Source: Macrostomum lignano (Eukaryota). From it: 64,000 nucleotides of DNA. Positions 15,501-27,500 of this stretch are shown here, piece after piece (position 1 is the first letter of the stretch; the number at the start of each line of letters is the position of its first letter). The notes under the pieces are model-generated. The model saw only the letters and a list, made by a program, of their open reading frames with translations. It did no database searches and was not told where the DNA came from. Location of the stretch: assembly GCA_002269645.1 (NCBI GenBank), contig NIVC01003365.1, forward strand, positions 37,608-101,607. Direction: 5' to 3'. A program made the position numbers and the translations under genes.

Positions 15501-18500
15501 CGAGAGAACTCCGGTTGGCAAGGCTGAACAGCCAGGCGACGAGCCGTTGAGTCGCGACGACCTGGAATCGATCCCACTGACGCCGACCAGACGAACTCCC
15601 GACCTGATCGAGGTGCGAATCAGAAGAGGCTCCAAGCGACCGTCAGGGTGACGCTGGAGGTCAAGGTGTGTCTCAAGAAGAAGCCGGCGACTACAACAAC
15701 GCAGAGTACTACGACATCGGCAACGACAACGAGAAGACCGAGCACTGCCGGATTGACAACAGAAACAACGCGCACTACACGGGGCACACCGGCCGGCGAA
15801 AAGGTGACCTTCCCGATGCCGTCCATCACGAGCAGGAAATCGACCGGTAGAACTACGCGCCAGAAGAAGTCGACAACAACGGCTGGCAGATCGACAACGA
15901 GCACGTCGACGAAACGGCCAACGACGGCGAGCACTGCGGCCGCAAAGACAACCAAGGCCCCTGTGCTGACTACAACCACCAAGCGACGACGAGTGTGCAA
16001 GAAGAAGATGGCGTTCGACAGTAACGTGCTTCGTCCTGAGGATGTTGTGGAGGTGAAGCGCGTGCCGCAGAATGAGCCCTACGACGAGCCAGAGAAGAAG
16101 TCGCTGCTTCCAGGTAGACGCGGCCTGCCACTCAGAAAGGGTGACACGCTGGTCCGCATTGACCTGAGCAGGCTGCCGGAGGGAAGCCGGGTCGCCGAGA
16201 TCAAGGTGAGCGCCGACAAGCCGAAGCGAATCACAAAGGTGTCTGTGACAGAAGTGACCAACAACGAGAGAACTCCGGTTGGCAAGGCTGAACAGCCAGG
16301 CGACGAGCCGTTGAGTCGCGACGACCTGGAATCGATCCCACTGACGCCGACCAGACGAACTCCCGACCTGATCGAGGTGCGAATCAGAAGAGGCTCCAAG
16401 CGACCGTCAGGGTGACGCTGGAGGTCAAGGTGTGTCTCAAGAAGAAGCCGGCGACTACAACAACGCAGAGTACTACGACATCGGCAACGACAACGAGAAG
16501 ACCGAGCACTGCCGGATTGACAACAGAAACAACGCGCACTACACGGGGCACACCGGCCGGCGAAAAGGTGACCTTCCCGATGCCGTCCATCACGAGCAGG
16601 AAATCGACCGGTAGAACTACGCGCCAGAAGAAGTCGACAACAACGGCTGGCAGATCGACAACGAGCACGTCGACGAAACGGCCAACGACGGCGAGCACTG
16701 CGGCCGCAAAGACAACCAAGGCCCCTGTGCTGACTACAACCACCAAGCGACGACGAGTGTGCAAGAAGAAGATGGCGTTCGACAGTAACGTGCTTCGTCC
16801 TGAGGATGTTGTGGAGGTGAAGCGCGTGCCGCAGAATGAGCCCTACGACGAGCCAGAGAAGAAGTCGCTGCTTCCAGGTAGACGCGGCCTGCCACTCAGA
16901 AAGGGTGACACGCTGGTCCGCATTGACCTGAGCAGGCTGCCGGAGGGAAGCCGGGTCGCCGAGATCAAGGTGAGCGCCGACAAGCCGAAGCGAATCACAA
17001 AGGTGTCTGTGACAGAAGTGACCAACAACGAGAGAACTCCGGTTGGCAAGGCTGAACAGCCAGGCGACGAGCCGTTGAGTCGCGACGACCTGGAATCGAT
17101 CCCACTGACGCCGACCAGACGAACTCCCGACCTGATCGAGGTGCGAATCAGAAGAGGCTCCAAGCGACCGTCAGGGTGACGCTGGAGGTCAAGGTGTGTC
17201 TCAAGAAGAAGCCGGCGACTACAACAACGCAGAGTACTACGACATCGGCAACGACAACGAGAAGACCGAGCACTGCCGGATTGACAACAGAAACAACGCG
17301 CACTACACGGGGCACACCGGCCGGCGAAAAGGTGACCTTCCCGATGCCGTCCATCACGAGCAGGAAATCGACCGGTAGAACTACGCGCCAGAAGAAGTCG
17401 ACAACAACGGCTGGCAGATCGACAACGAGCACGTCGACGAAACGGCCAACGACGGCGAGCACTGCGGCCGCAAAGACAACCAAGGCCCCTGTGCTGACTA
17501 CAACCACCAAGCGACGACGAGTGTGCAAGAAGAAGATGGCGTTCGACAGTAACGTGCTTCGTCCTGAGGATGTTGTGGAGGTGAAGCGCGTGCCGCAGAA
17601 TGAGCCCTACGACGAGCCAGAGAAGAAGTCGCTGCTTCCAGGTAGACGCGGCCTGCCACTCAGAAAGGGTGACACGCTGGTCCGCATTGACCTGAGCAGG
17701 CTGCCGGAGGGAAGCCGGGTCGCCGAGATCAAGGTGAGCGCCGACAAGCCGAAGCGAATCACAAAGGTGTCTGTGACAGAAGTGACCAACAACGAGAGAA
17801 CTCCGGTTGGCAAGGCTGAACAGCCAGGCGACGAGCCGTTGAGTCGCGACGACCTGGAATCGATCCCACTGACGCCGACCAGACGAACTCCCGACCTGAT
17901 CGAGGTGCGAATCAGAAGAGGCTCCAAGCGACCGTCAGGGTGACGCTGGAGGTCAAGGTGTGTCTCAAGAAGAAGCCGGCGACTACAACAACGCAGAGTA
18001 CTACGACATCGGCAACGACAACGAGAAGACCGAGCACTGCCGGATTGACAACAGAAACAACGCGCACTACACGGGGCACACCGGCCGGCGAAAAGGTGAC
18101 CTTCCCGATGCCGTCCATCACGAGCAGGAAATCGACCGGTAGAACTACGCGCCAGAAGAAGTCGACAACAACGGCTGGCAGATCGACAACGAGCACGTCG
18201 ACGAAACGGCCAACGACGGCGAGCACTGCGGCCGCAAAGACAACCAAGGCCCCTGTGCTGACTACAACCACCAAGCGACGACGAGTGTGCAAGAAGAAGA
18301 TGGCGTTCGACAGTAACGTGCTTCGTCCTGAGGATGTTGTGGAGGTGAAGCGCGTGCCGCAGAATGAGCCCTACGACGAGCCAGAGAAGAAGTCGCTGCT
18401 TCCAGGTAGACGCGGCCTGCCACTCAGAAAGGGTGACACGCTGGTCCGCATTGACCTGAGCAGGCTGCCGGAGGGAAGCCGGGTCGCCGAGATCAAGGTG

Positions 18501-21500
18501 AGCGCCGACAAGCCGAAGCGAATCACAAAGGTGTCTGTGACAGAAGTGACCAACAACGAGAGAACTCCGGTTGGCAAGGCTGAACAGCCAGGCGACGAGC
18601 CGTTGAGTCGCGACGACCTGGAATCGATCCCACTGACGCCGACCAGACGAACTCCCGACCTGATCGAGGTGCGAATCAGAAGAGGCTCCAAGCGACCGTC
18701 AGGGTGACGCTGGAGGTCAAGGTGTGTCTCAAGAAGAAGCCGGCGACTACAACAACGCAGAGTACTACGACATCGGCAACGACAACGAGAAGACCGAGCA
18801 CTGCCGGATTGACAACAGAAACAACGCGCACTACACGGGGCACACCGGCCGGCGAAAAGGTGACCTTCCCGATGCCGTCCATCACGAGCAGGAAATCGAC
18901 CGGTAGAACTACGCGCCAGAAGAAGTCGACAACAACGGCTGGCAGATCGACAACGAGCACGTCGACGAAACGGCCAACGACGGCGAGCACTGCGGCCGCA
19001 AAGACAACCAAGGCCCCTGTGCTGACTACAACCACCAAGCGACGACGAGTGTGCAAGAAGAAGATGGCGTTCGACAGTAACGTGCTTCGTCCTGAGGATG
19101 TTGTGGAGGTGAAGCGCGTGCCGCAGAATGAGCCCTACGACGAGCCAGAGAAGAAGTCGCTGCTTCCAGGTAGACGCGGCCTGCCACTCAGAAAGGGTGA
19201 CACGCTGGTCCGCATTGACCTGAGCAGGCTGCCGGAGGGAAGCCGGGTCGCCGAGATCAAGGTGAGCGCCGACAAGCCGAAGCGAATCACAAAGGTGTCT
19301 GTGACAGAAGTGACCAACAACGAGAGAACTCCGGTTGGCAAGGCTGAACAGCCAGGCGACGAGCCGTTGAGTCGCGACGACCTGGAATCGATCCCACTGA
19401 CGCCGACCAGACGAACTCCCGACCTGATCGAGGTGCGAATCAGAAGAGGCTCCAAGCGACCCGTCAGGGTGACGCTGGAGGTCAAGGTGTGTCTCAAGAA
19501 GAAGCCGGCGACTACAACAACGCAGAGTACTACGACATCGGCAACGACAACGAGAAGACCGAGCACTGCCGGATTGACAACAGAAACAACGCGCACTACA
19601 CGGGGCACACCGGCCGGCGAAAAGGTGACCTTCCCGATGCCGTCCATCACGAGCAGGAAATCGACCGGTAGAACTACGCGCCAGAAGAAGTCGACAACAA
19701 CGGCTGGCAGATCGACAACGAGCACGTCGACGAAACGGCCAACGACGGCGAGCACTGCGGCCGCAAAGACAACCAAGGCCCCTGTGCTGACTACAACCAC
19801 CAAGCGACGACGAGTGTGCAAGAAGAAGATGGCGTTCGACAGTAACGTGCTTCGTCCTGAGGATGTTGTGGAGGTGAAGCGCGTGCCGCAGAATGAGCCC
19901 TACGACGAGCCAGAGAAGAAGTCGCTGCTTCCAGGTAGACGCGGCCTGCCACTCAGAAAGGGTGACACGCTGGTCCGCATTGACCTGAGCAGGCTGCCGG
20001 AGGGAAGCCGGGTCGCCGAGATCAAGGTGAGCGCCGACAAGCCGAAGCGAATCACAAAGGTGTCTGTGACAGAAGTGACCAACAACGAGAGAACTCCGGT
20101 TGGCAAGGCTGAACAGCCAGGCGACGAGCCGTTGAGTCGCGACGACCTGGAATCGATCCCACTGACGCCGACCAGACGAACTCCCGACCTGATCGAGGTG
20201 CGAATCAGAAGAGGCTCCAAGCGACCCGTCAGGGTGACGCTGGAGGTCAAGGTGTGTCTCAAGAAGAAGCCGGCGACTACAACAACGCAGAGTACTACGA
20301 CATCGGCAACGACAACGAGAAGACCGAGCACTGCCGGATTGACAACAGAAACAACGCGCACTACACGGGGCACACCGGCCGGCGAAAAGGTGACCTTCCC
20401 GATGCCGTCCATCACGAGCAGGAAATCGACCGGTAGAACTACGCGCCAGAAGAAGTCGACAACAACGGCTGGCAGATCGACAACGAGCACGTCGACAAAA
20501 CGGCCAACACGGCGAGCACTGCGGCCGCAAAGACAACCAAGGCCCCTGTGCTGACTACAACCACCAAGCGACGACGAGTGTGCAAGAAGAAGATGGCGTT
20601 CGACAGTAACGTGCTTCGTCCTGAGGATGTTGTGGAGGTGAAGCGCGTGCCGCAGAATGAGCCCTACGACGAGCCAGAGAAGAAGTCGCTGCTTCCAGGT
20701 AGACGCGGCCTGCCACTCAGAAAGGGTGACACGCTGGTCCGCATTGACCTGAGCAGGCTGCCGGAGGGAAGCCGGGTCGCCGAGATCAAGGTGAGCGCCG
20801 ACAAGCCGAAGCGAATCACAAAGGTGTCTGTGACAGAAGTGACCAACAACGAGAGAACTCCGGTTGGCAAGGCTGAACAGCCAGGCGACGAGCCGTTGAG
20901 TCGCGACGACCTGGAATCGATCCCACTGACGCCGACCAGACGAACTCCCGACCTGATCGAGGTGCGAATCAGAAGAGGCTCCAAGCGACCCGTCAGGGTG
21001 ACGCTGGAGGTCAAGGTGTGTCTCAAGAAGAAGCCGGCGACTACAACAACGCAGAGTACTACGACATCGGCAACGACAACGAGAAGACCGAGCACTGCCG
21101 GATTGACAACAGAAACAACGCGCACTACACGGGGCACACCGGCCGGCGAAAAGGTGACCTTCCCGATGCCGTCCATCACGAGCAGGAAATCGACCGGTAG
21201 AACTACGCGCCAGAAGAAGTCGACAACAACGGCTGGCAGATCGACAACGAGCACGTCGACGAAACGGCCAACGACGGCGAGCACTGCGGCCGCAAGGACA
21301 ACCAATGCATCTCTGCTAACCATGAAAACGACAAAGATATTGCCATCTATTAGAGTTTCTAGTCGAAGAAAAACAACGACAACCCCGGCGCCTACTACAA
21401 CAACAAGACGCCCGGCCGTGTGCCTGCGCAAGAGCGTGAAACTGTTTGAGAGCGGCGAGCTGCCCAGCGACGCGCTGACCAAGGCGGAGAAGCTCCCAGA

Positions 21501-24500
21501 GAAGAAGGAGTTCACACCCAAGGAGCGAAAGGAGGCCCTGCTGCCTAGCGGTAGTGGACTGCCAGTGAAGCGAGGCGGTTCCACCCAGCTCACCTTCCAG
21601 GTGGACCGTCTGCCAAAGACTGCCAGCCTGATGAAGGTGGTGCTCAAGAGCAGCACGCCGGACAGTGTTCGCGAGGTGACCGTGTTTGTGGCCGACGAGG
21701 ACAAGCCAGAGAAGTACGTGCAAGTGAACAGGGAGACGCCGAAGGAGCCTAAGAAGGCGCTGAGCCCAAGCCAACTAGAGAATGTGGAATTCCCCGAGCT
21801 GCCGAAGCTGCCCAAGTTTGTGCGCGTCGTGCTGAAGACGCTGCCAGGCAAGGCGACTAGCGTCAGAGCCGAGTTGAAGGCTTGCCACAAGCCGAAGACT
21901 ACCGTTAGGACGACACAACAGACGACGACCACGACGGGACGCACAACACCGAGCACGACAAGCAGGAAGCCGGGATCGCCAGCCGCCGAGAAGCTCACCT
22001 TCCCGATGCCGTCGATGCCAGGAGCGACAGGAAAGACAACGACAACGCCGGCGCCTACTACAACAACAAGACGCCCGGCCGTGTGCCTGCGCAAGAGCGT
22101 GAAACTGTTTGAGAGCGGCGAGCTGCCCAGCGACGCGCTGACCAAGGCGGAGAAGCTCCCAGAGAAGAAGGAGTTCACACCCAAGGAGCGAAAGGAGGCC
22201 CTGCTGCCTAGCGGTAGTGGACTGCCAGTGAAGCGAGGCGGTTCCACCCAGCTCACCTTCCAGGTGGACCGTCTGCCAAAGACTGCCAGCCTGATGAAGG
22301 TGGTGCTCAAGAGCAGCACGCCGGACAGTGTTCGCGAGGTGACCGTGTTTGTGGCCGACGAGGACAAGCCAGAGAAGTACGTGCAAGTGAACAGGGAGAC
22401 GCCGAAGGAGCCTAAGAAGGCGCTGAGCCCAAGCCAACTAGAGAATGTGGAATTCCCCGAGCTGCCGAAGCTGCCCAAGTTTGTGCGCGTCGTGCTGAAG
22501 ACGCTGCCAGGCAAGGCGACTAGCGTCAGAGCCGAGTTGAAGGCTTGCCACAAGCCGAAGACTACCGTTAGGACGACACAACAGACGACGACCACGACGG
22601 GACGCACAACACCGAGCACGACAAGCAGGAAGCCGGGATCGCCAGCCGCCGAGAAGCTCACCTTCCCGATGCCGTCGATGCCAGGAGCGACAGGAAAGAC
22701 AACGACAACGCCGGCGCCTACTACAACAACAAGACGCCCGGCCGTGTGCCTGCGCAAGAGCGTGAAACTGTTTGAGAGCGGCGAGCTGCCCAGCGACGCG
22801 CTGACCAAGGCGGAGAAGCTCCCAGAGAAGAAGGAGTTCACACCCAAGGAGCGAAAGGAGGCCCTGCTGCCTAGCGGTAGTGGACTGCCAGTGAAGCGAG
22901 GCGGTTCCACCCAGCTCACCTTCCAGGTGGACCGTCTGCCAAAGACTGCCAGCCTGATGAAGGTGGTGCTCAAGAGCAGCACGCCGGACAGTGTTCGCGA
23001 GGTGACCGTGTTTGTGGCCGACGAGGACAAGCCAGAGAAGTACGTGCAAGTGAACAGGGAGACGCCGAAGGAGCCTAAGAAGGCGCTGAGCCCAAGCCAA
23101 CTAGAGAATGTGGAATTCCCCGAGCTGCCGAAGCTGCCCAAGTTTGTGCGCGTCGTGCTGAAGACGCTGCCAGGCAAGGCGACTAGCGTCAGAGCCGAGT
23201 TGAAGGCTTGCCACAAGCCGAAGACTACCGTTAGGACGACACAACAGACGACGACCACGACGGGACGCACAACACCGAGCACGACAAGCAGGAAGCCGGG
23301 ATCGCCAGCCGCCGAGAAGCTCACCTTCCCGATGCCGTCGATGCCAGGAGCGACAGGAAAGACAACGACAACGCCGGCGCCTACTACAACAACAAGACGC
23401 CCGGCCGTGTGCCTGCGCAAGAGCGTGAAACTGTTTGAGAGCGGCGAGCTGCCCAGCGACGCGCTGACCAAGGCGGAGAAGCTCCCAGAGAAGAAGGAGT
23501 TCACACCCAAGGAGCGAAAGGAGGCCCTGCTGCCTAGCGGTAGTGGACTGCCAGTGAAGCGAGGCGGTTCCACCCAGCTCACCTTCCAGGTGGACCGTCT
23601 GCCAAAGACTGCCAGCCTGATGAAGGTGGTGCTCAAGAGCAGCACGCCGGACAGTGTTCGCGAGGTGACCGTGTTTGTGGCCGACGAGGACAAGCCAGAG
23701 AAGTACGTGCAAGTGAACAGGGAGACGCCGAAGGAGCCTAAGAAGGCGCTGAGCCCAAGCCAACTAGAGAATGTGGAATTCCCCGAGCTGCCGAAGCTGC
23801 CCAAGTTTGTGCGCGTCGTGCTGAAGACGCTGCCAGGCAAGGCGACTAGCGTCAGAGCCGAGTTGAAGGCTTGCCACAAGCCGAAGACTACCGTTAGGAC
23901 GACACAACAGACGACGACCACGACGGGACGCACAACACCGAGCACGACAAGCAGGAAGCCGGGATCGCCAGCCGCCGAGAAGCTCACCTTCCCGATGCCG
24001 TCGATGCCAGGAGCGACAGGAAAGACAACGACAACGCCGGCGCCTACTACAACAACAAGACGCCCGGCCGTGTGCCTGCGCAAGAGCGTGAAACTGTTTG
24101 AGAGCGGCGAGCTGCCCAGCGACGCGCTGACCAAGGCGGAGAAGCTCCCAGAGAAGAAGGAGTTCACACCCAAGGAGCGAAAGGAGGCCCTGCTGCCTAG
24201 CGGTAGTGGACTGCCAGTGAAGCGAGGCGGTTCCACCCAGCTCACCTTCCAGGTGGACCGTCTGCCAAAGACTGCCAGCCTGATGAAGGTGGTGCTCAAG
24301 AGCAGCACGCCGGACAGTGTTCGCGAGGTGACCGTGTTTGTGGCCGACGAGGACAAGCCAGAGAAGTACGTGCAAGTGAACAGGGAGACGCCGAAGGAGC
24401 CTAAGAAGGCGCTGAGCCCAAGCCAACTAGAGAATGTGGAATTCCCCGAGCTGCCGAAGCTGCCCAAGTTTGTGCGCGTCGTGCTGAAGACGCTGCCAGG

Positions 24501-27500
24501 CAAGGCGACTAGCGTCAGAGCCGAGTTGAAGGCTTGCCACAAGCCGAAGACTACCGTTAGGACGACACAACAGACGACGACCACGACGGGACGCACAACA
24601 CCGAGCACGACAAGCAGGAAGCCGGGATCGCCAGCCGCCGAGAAGCTCACCTTCCCGATGCCGTCGATGCCAGGAGCGACAGGAAAGACAACGACAACGC
24701 CGGCGCCTACTACAACAACAAGACGCCCGGCCGTGTGCCTGCGCAAGAGCGTGAAACTGTTTGAGAGCGGCGAGCTGCCCAGCGACGCGCTGACCAAGGC
24801 GGAGAAGCTCCCAGAGAAGAAGGAGTTCACACCCAAGGAGCGAAAGGAGGCCCTGCTGCCTAGCGGTAGTGGACTGCCAGTGAAGCGAGGCGGTTCCACC
24901 CAGCTCACCTTCCAGGTGGACCGTCTGCCAAAGACTGCCAGCCTGATGAAGGTGGTGCTCAAGAGCAGCACGCCGGACAGTGTTCGCGAGGTGACCGTGT
25001 TTGTGGCCGACGAGGACAAGCCAGAGAAGTACGTGCAAGTGAACAGGGAGACGCCGAAGGAGCCTAAGAAGGCGCTGAGCCCAAGCCAACTAGAGAATGT
25101 GGAATTCCCCGAGCTGCCGAAGCTGCCCAAGTTTGTGCGCGTCGTGCTGAAGACGCTGCCAGGCAAGGCGACTAGCGTCAGAGCCGAGTTGAAGGCTTGC
25201 CACAAGCCGAAGACTACCGTTAGGACGACACAACAGACGACGACCACGACGGGACGCACAACACCGAGCACGACAAGCAGGAAGCCGGGATCGCCAGCCG
25301 CCGAGAAGCTCACCTTCCCGATGCCGTCGATGCCAGGAGCGACAGGAAAGACAACGACAACGCCGGCGCCTACTACAACAACAAGACGCCCGGCCGTGTG
25401 CCTGCGCAAGAGCGTGAAACTGTTTGAGAGCGGCGAGCTGCCCAGCGACGCGCTGACCAAGGCGGAGAAGCTCCCAGAGAAGAAGGAGTTCACACCCAAG
25501 GAGCGAAAGGAGGCCCTGCTGCCTAGCGGTAGTGGACTGCCAGTGAAGCGAGGCGGTTCCACCCAGCTCACCTTCCAGGTGGACCGTCTGCCAAAGACTG
25601 CCAGCCTGATGAAGGTGGTGCTCAAGAGCAGCACGCCGGACAGTGTTCGCGAGGTGACCGTGTTTGTGGCCGACGAGGACAAGCCAGAGAAGTACGTGCA
25701 AGTGAACAGGGAGACGCCGAAGGAGCCTAAGAAGGCGCTGAGCCCAAGCCAACTAGAGAATGTGGAATTCCCCGAGCTGCCGAAGCTGCCCAAGTTTGTG
25801 CGCGTCGTGCTGAAGACGCTGCCAGGCAAGGCGACTAGCGTCAGAGCCGAGTTGAAGGCTTGCCACAAGCCGAAGACTACCGTTAGGACGACACAACAGA
25901 CGACGACCACGACGGGACGCACAACACCGAGCACGACAAGCAGGAAGCCGGGATCGCCAGCCGCCGAGAAGCTCACCTTCCCGATGCCGTCGATGCCAGG
26001 AGCGACAGGAAAGACAACGACAACGCCGGCGCCTACTACAACAACAAGACGCCCGGCCGTGTGCCTGCGCAAGAGCGTGAAACTGTTTGAGAGCGGCGAG
26101 CTGCCCAGCGACGCGCTGACCAAGGCGGAGAAGCTCCCAGAGAAGAAGGAGTTCACACCCAAGGAGCGAAAGGAGGCCCTGCTGCCTAGCGGTAGTGGAC
26201 TGCCAGTGAAGCGAGGCGGTTCCACCCAGCTCACCTTCCAGGTGGACCGTCTGCCAAAGACTGCCAGCCTGATGAAGGTGGTGCTCAAGAGCAGCACGCC
26301 GGACAGTGTTCGCGAGGTGACCGTGTTTGTGGCCGACGAGGACAAGCCAGAGAAGTACGTGCAAGTGAACAGGGAGACGCCGAAGGAGCCTAAGAAGGCG
26401 CTGAGCCCAAGCCAACTAGAGAATGTGGAATTCCCCGAGCTGCCGAAGCTGCCCAAGTTTGTGCGCGTCGTGCTGAAGACGCTGCCAGGCAAGGCGACTA
26501 GCGTCAGAGCCGAGTTGAAGGCTTGCCACAAGCCGAAGACTACCGTTAGGACGACACAACAGACGACGACCACGACGGGACGCACAACACCGAGCACGAC
26601 AAGCAGGAAGCCGGGATCGCCAGCCGCCGAGAAGCTCACCTTCCCGATGCCGTCGATGCCAGGAGCGACAGGAAAGACAACGACAACGCCGGCGCCTACT
26701 ACAACAACAAGACGCCCGGCCGTGTGCCTGCGCAAGAGCGTGAAACTGTTTGAGAGCGGCGAGCTGCCCAGCGACGCGCTGACCAAGGCGGAGAAGCTCC
26801 CAGAGAAGAAGGAGTTCACACCCAAGGAGCGAAAGGAGGCCCTGCTGCCTAGCGGTAGTGGACTGCCAGTGAAGCGAGGCGGTTCCACCCAGCTCACCTT
26901 CCAGGTGGACCGTCTGCCAAAGACTGCCAGCCTGATGAAGGTGGTGCTCAAGAGCAGCACGCCGGACAGTGTTCGCGAGGTGACCGTGTTTGTGGCCGAC
27001 GAGGACAAGCCAGAGAAGTACGTGCAAGTGAACAGGGAGACGCCGAAGGAGCCTAAGAAGGCGCTGAGCCCAAGCCAACTAGAGAATGTGGAATTCCCCG
27101 AGCTGCCGAAGCTGCCCAAGTTTGTGCGCGTCGTGCTGAAGACGCTGCCAGGCAAGGCGACTAGCGTCAGAGCCGAGTTGAAGGCTTGCCACAAGCCGAA
27201 GACTACCGTTAGGACGACACAACAGACGACGACCACGACGGGACGCACAACACCGAGCACGACAAGCAGGAAGCCGGGATCGCCAGCCGCCGAGAAGCTC
27301 ACCTTCCCGATGCCGTCGATGCCAGGAGCGACAGGAAAGACAACGACAACGCCGGCGCCTACTACAACAACAAGACGCCCGGCCGTGTGCCTGCGCAAGA
27401 GCGTGAAACTGTTTGAGAGCGGCGAGCTGCCCAGCGACGCGCTGACCAAGGCGGAGAAGCTCCCAGAGAAGAAGGAGTTCACACCCAAGGAGCGAAAGGA

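Noticed and set aside
6472-18697. Programmed ribosomal frameshifting as the explanation for the 764-bp units
   Set aside because: No X XXY YYZ slippery site. It would need 17 successive efficient events, and four otherwise identical units have the in-frame CCC.
5382-20536. Recurrent 60-, 106-, 126-, 228- and 721-aa alternative-frame ORFs, and the 255-aa ORFs taken as separate genes
   Set aside because: Products of the repeat and its 1-bp deletions. The 255-aa ORFs start at a GTG inside a domain with no promoter or intergenic space.
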